Source of the DNA: Gammaproteobacteria bacterium
GTDB lineage: Bacteria; Pseudomonadota; Gammaproteobacteria; SZUA-152
Direction of reading: 5' to 3'
Assembly (NCBI GenBank): GCA_021648485.1
Contig: JAKISS010000010.1
Span: 485 to 64,484 of the forward strand
Length of the DNA: 64,000 nt
Position 1 is the first letter of the stretch, and each line of letters begins with the position of its first letter. Positions 61,509 through 64,000 of the stretch are shown here, piece after piece. Made by a program: the position numbers and the translations under genes. The notes under the pieces were generated by a model. That model was not told the DNA's origin, did no database searches, and saw only the letters and a list, made by a program, of their open reading frames with translations.

Positions 61509-61536
61509 ATAGTAGCCCCTTGGCTGGGGGTGTCAA
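61509..61536 (-). promoter_or_regulatory. Sigma70-type promoter of the GTPase gene
   Basis: The minus strand reads TTGACA-16 nt-TACTAT, ending ~35 nt upstream of ATG 61474. Confidence 0.45.
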
Positions 61537-62374
61537 GCCTTACCGGAACACCTTGGAACATCACTGCGTGATGACGAAGGTTTGCCTCTAGCAAGCAGGG
61601 GATGAACTCTGTTGGGCTATAGTTATTGTTGCTGACAGTGTCAACGGCTCCCGAAGCGAATAGCTGCACAGTGTCCGCACTGCGAACACCTGCAACTCAT
61701 GTCCTTATGCAACGAAAAAGTGTTAGCACTGCTAACGTTTCTTAAAAACCATTCCATAATTCAAAAATACCCGCGAAAAGAGGCCTGTTGGGGTAAGTTT
61801 GCCGGGGAGTTACATTGTTACGCAACTGCTATACTGAACTTGTTCTAACCGCTATCGCTACGGTCAATTAGCGATACCCTTGCCGAGTAATCGGCACCCA
61901 GCGCCTCTTCGATCCGATTCAGGTGCGACAGTCTTTAGACTGCGGGTCATGCCTTAACACTTTCTTTATCAATATTCGGAGTCAGCTCCGAGCACCCTCA
62001 CGACTGATTACTTTGATCAATTCATCTTTATAGCTGCGCCAGATTGTCTGTTGCAGCATCAAATCACTGCGCCCGTCTTTGCTGGAGGCGCGTAGCGTGT
62101 CCACAGAGACGGGCGTCATGAGTATGGCGCAATGTCCTATCAATACAGGCTTTCTCGGCGTGCCTTGCCGATGTAAAAGCCCACAAAACCTCTGAATACG
62201 GCGGCAGGTTTATAATCTGCAACAGCCAGTACCTTACCTGCGATCTGTGCAATGCAGATCGTGCAGAGGTGCCATGTATTCGGGATTGAACTGCCCTGCT
62301 GCTATCAAGCAGCCCCTAGTCATGGGCAATGACCAAGGCGCGACCGGCGCTCCTCTGGTGCAGACTTATATAGC

Positions 62375-63067
62375 GTGGCGAAAGCCGAGTTTATCGCCAT
62401 GCGGCTAGCCGCACTGGCTGGGCTGCATGTTGCATCGGTTACGATGATGCAAGCCACCAATAAAGATGTATTGCTGATCAAGCGTTTTGATCGTATTCAT
62501 GCGACGAAAGGATGGCAGTGCAAAGCCATGGTTTCCGGCCTGACTTTGTTGAGCCTGGATGAGATGATGGCACGCTATGCCAGTTATGAGGATTTAGCCG
62601 AAATTATTCGCTATCGCTTCAGGAGTGCTTTCTCGACATTGCAGGAATTGTTTTCCCGCCTGGTATTTAATATTTTGTGCGGGAATACAGACGATCACGC
62701 CCGCAATTATGCTGCTTTTTGGGATGGAGAAATGCTCTCCCTTACGCCAGCCTATGATATTTGCCCACAAGTGTGTATGGGCAATGAGGCCATGCTGATT
62801 TCGGGTGATAACCGGATGAGCCAGCTTACCGTTTGCCTGGATGCGGCAGCGCATTTTCGACTCTCTCGTGAAGAAGCTCGCAAAATTATCGAGCATCAAA
62901 TTGAGACTATTGAAACAAACTGGGAGCTCGTGTGCGATGAAGCAAATTTAAGTAAAACGGATCGCGCCCTGTTCTGGAAGCGGCAATTTCTTAACCCATT
63001 TGCGCTGCAAGGGTTTGCTGAATCTGAAAACAAACACGCCCCCAGAGACGCTGTCCAAGATAGATGA
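62375..63067 (+). pseudogene. hipA: HipA-family kinase toxin, C-terminal half only
   Basis: LLIKRFDR...GNTDDHARNYAAFWDG...TPAYDI (catalytic loop at nt ~62681-62707). The N-terminal ~180-200 aa and the P-loop region are missing or frameshifted. No hipB found. Confidence 0.7.
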
Positions 63068-63124
63068 AGGAATTTGAATAATAAAATTTATGTGATATTT
63101 TGTATTTGTGCAGATAGCTGTCCC

Positions 63125-63931
63125 CTACGATGACGCTCCACCACCCCGTCGTTTCTCCCGCCGCAATGCCCACAATGCGGCATATTTATTAAACGCGCCT
63201 TGTGCATAGGTCACTGCCACCACGAACCCCGCTGGCCCGTCCAGAAAACCTAACCGTATAAAGTAGATCAAAATAAAATTCCATAATGAGCGAAGCGCAG
63301 CAATGGGCAGACCTCCGCCCCATTTGCCTGCCGCAAACCGCTTTTGCCCACCCAGCCAGGCATATTTGGCACTTTTTTGCAGAGCGTGCCCGTAGTGGCG
63401 ATGTGTATAGTGATACAAACGACCTTCGAGTGTGCCTTTTTTACCCGGTGCCAACACTACATGTTCGTGTACTTGCGCATCGGTAAAGCGTGCGCCTTCG
63501 CGCTTGAATAAGCGTCGTGGCGCACGGGCGCTGCGGCCAAAGTCCATACGATGTCCGTAGACCATTACGGCCCAGGGTGTGCGATAACCGACACATTCAG
63601 GATTGTCCGTTAATGCCGCATCAATATCGTGCCGCAATTCGGGGGAAACACGTTCATCGGCATCAATGGAAAGCACCCAATCACAGCGGGCCTTTTCCAG
63701 GGCGCGTTGTTTTTGTGGGCCATAACCGGGCCAGTCGGTTTCAAATACCTTGTCGGTATAACGTCGGGCAATGTCTACGGTGTTATCGGAAGAGCCGCTG
63801 TCTAATACGATAATTTCATCCGCCCAGTTGGCGACGGATTGCAGGCAGGGTTCAATGCGGTCGGCTTCGTCCTGGGCGATGATGGTGACTGACAGACTTT
63901 GTTTACGTTTAACCGGTTCACTGCGCGCCAT
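63125..63931 (-). CDS. Family 2 glycosyltransferase (LPS core-type, KdtX/WaaE-like)
   Basis: LSVTIIAQDEADRIEPCL...DEIIVLDSGSSDNT...SIDADE. ATG 63931 is preferred, but the ORF stays open to the window edge (64000), so the 5' end is uncertain. Confidence 0.75.
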   Translation of the reverse strand: MARSEPVKRKQSLSVTIIAQDEADRIEPCLQSVANWADEIIVLDSGSSDNTVDIARRYTDKVFETDWPGYGPQKQRALEKARCDWVLSIDADERVSPELRHDIDAALTDNPECVGYRTPWAVMVYGHRMDFGRSARAPRRLFKREGARFTDAQVHEHVVLAPGKKGTLEGRLYHYTHRHYGHALQKSAKYAWLGGQKRFAAGKWGGGLPIAALRSLWNFILIYFIRLGFLDGPAGFVVAVTYAQGAFNKYAALWALRREKRRGGGASS

Positions 63932-64000
63932 GCGTGATTGCGTGCAAATAGCCGCGAAAATCACCGCCAGATAAAATGCCAAGAAACTCACCGGGCGCAC

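Noticed and set aside
62064-62252. 62-aa minus-strand ORF in the islet debris region.
   Set aside because: It has no SD or motifs and overlaps other equally unconvincing frames. I treat it as debris rather than a gene.

Overview
This window reads as a chromosomal segment from a gammaproteobacterium. About 56 kb is conserved housekeeping synteny:
- priA, argS
- glnK-amtB, divergent from ubiK
- mgtE, ubiCA
- yrbG-kdsDC-lptCAB-rpoN-hpf-ptsN-hprK-rapZ-EIIA(Man)-HPr
- trkHA, ntrYX, a DUF4390 gene, rsmB, fmt and def, divergent from the LysM gene, dprA and smg
- ttcA, metH

I found no rRNA, tRNA or CRISPR array.

The non-routine content is:
1. A 1536-aa protein combining cNMP-binding, rhodanese, a roughly 730-aa charged coiled coil, one TM helix and an acidic tail.
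2. A roughly 7.2 kb decayed mobile or defence islet between metH and a GT2 gene. It holds an integrase 3' stub, an in-frame Res/UvrD-like chimera, an AlbA_2/Schlafen-type protein, a HipA C-terminal remnant, and one intact orphan 749-aa split-G-domain GTPase with an integrase-arm-like N-terminus and its own promoter. This GTPase is my best candidate for something undescribed.
3. A roughly 185-bp imperfect palindrome whose terminal motif recurs upstream of two other genes.
4. A DARS-like triad of DnaA boxes upstream of priA.
5. Two sigma54 promoters, for the PEP-CTERM gene and for glnK.

All family calls come from reading motifs in the translated ORFs. No database search was run.
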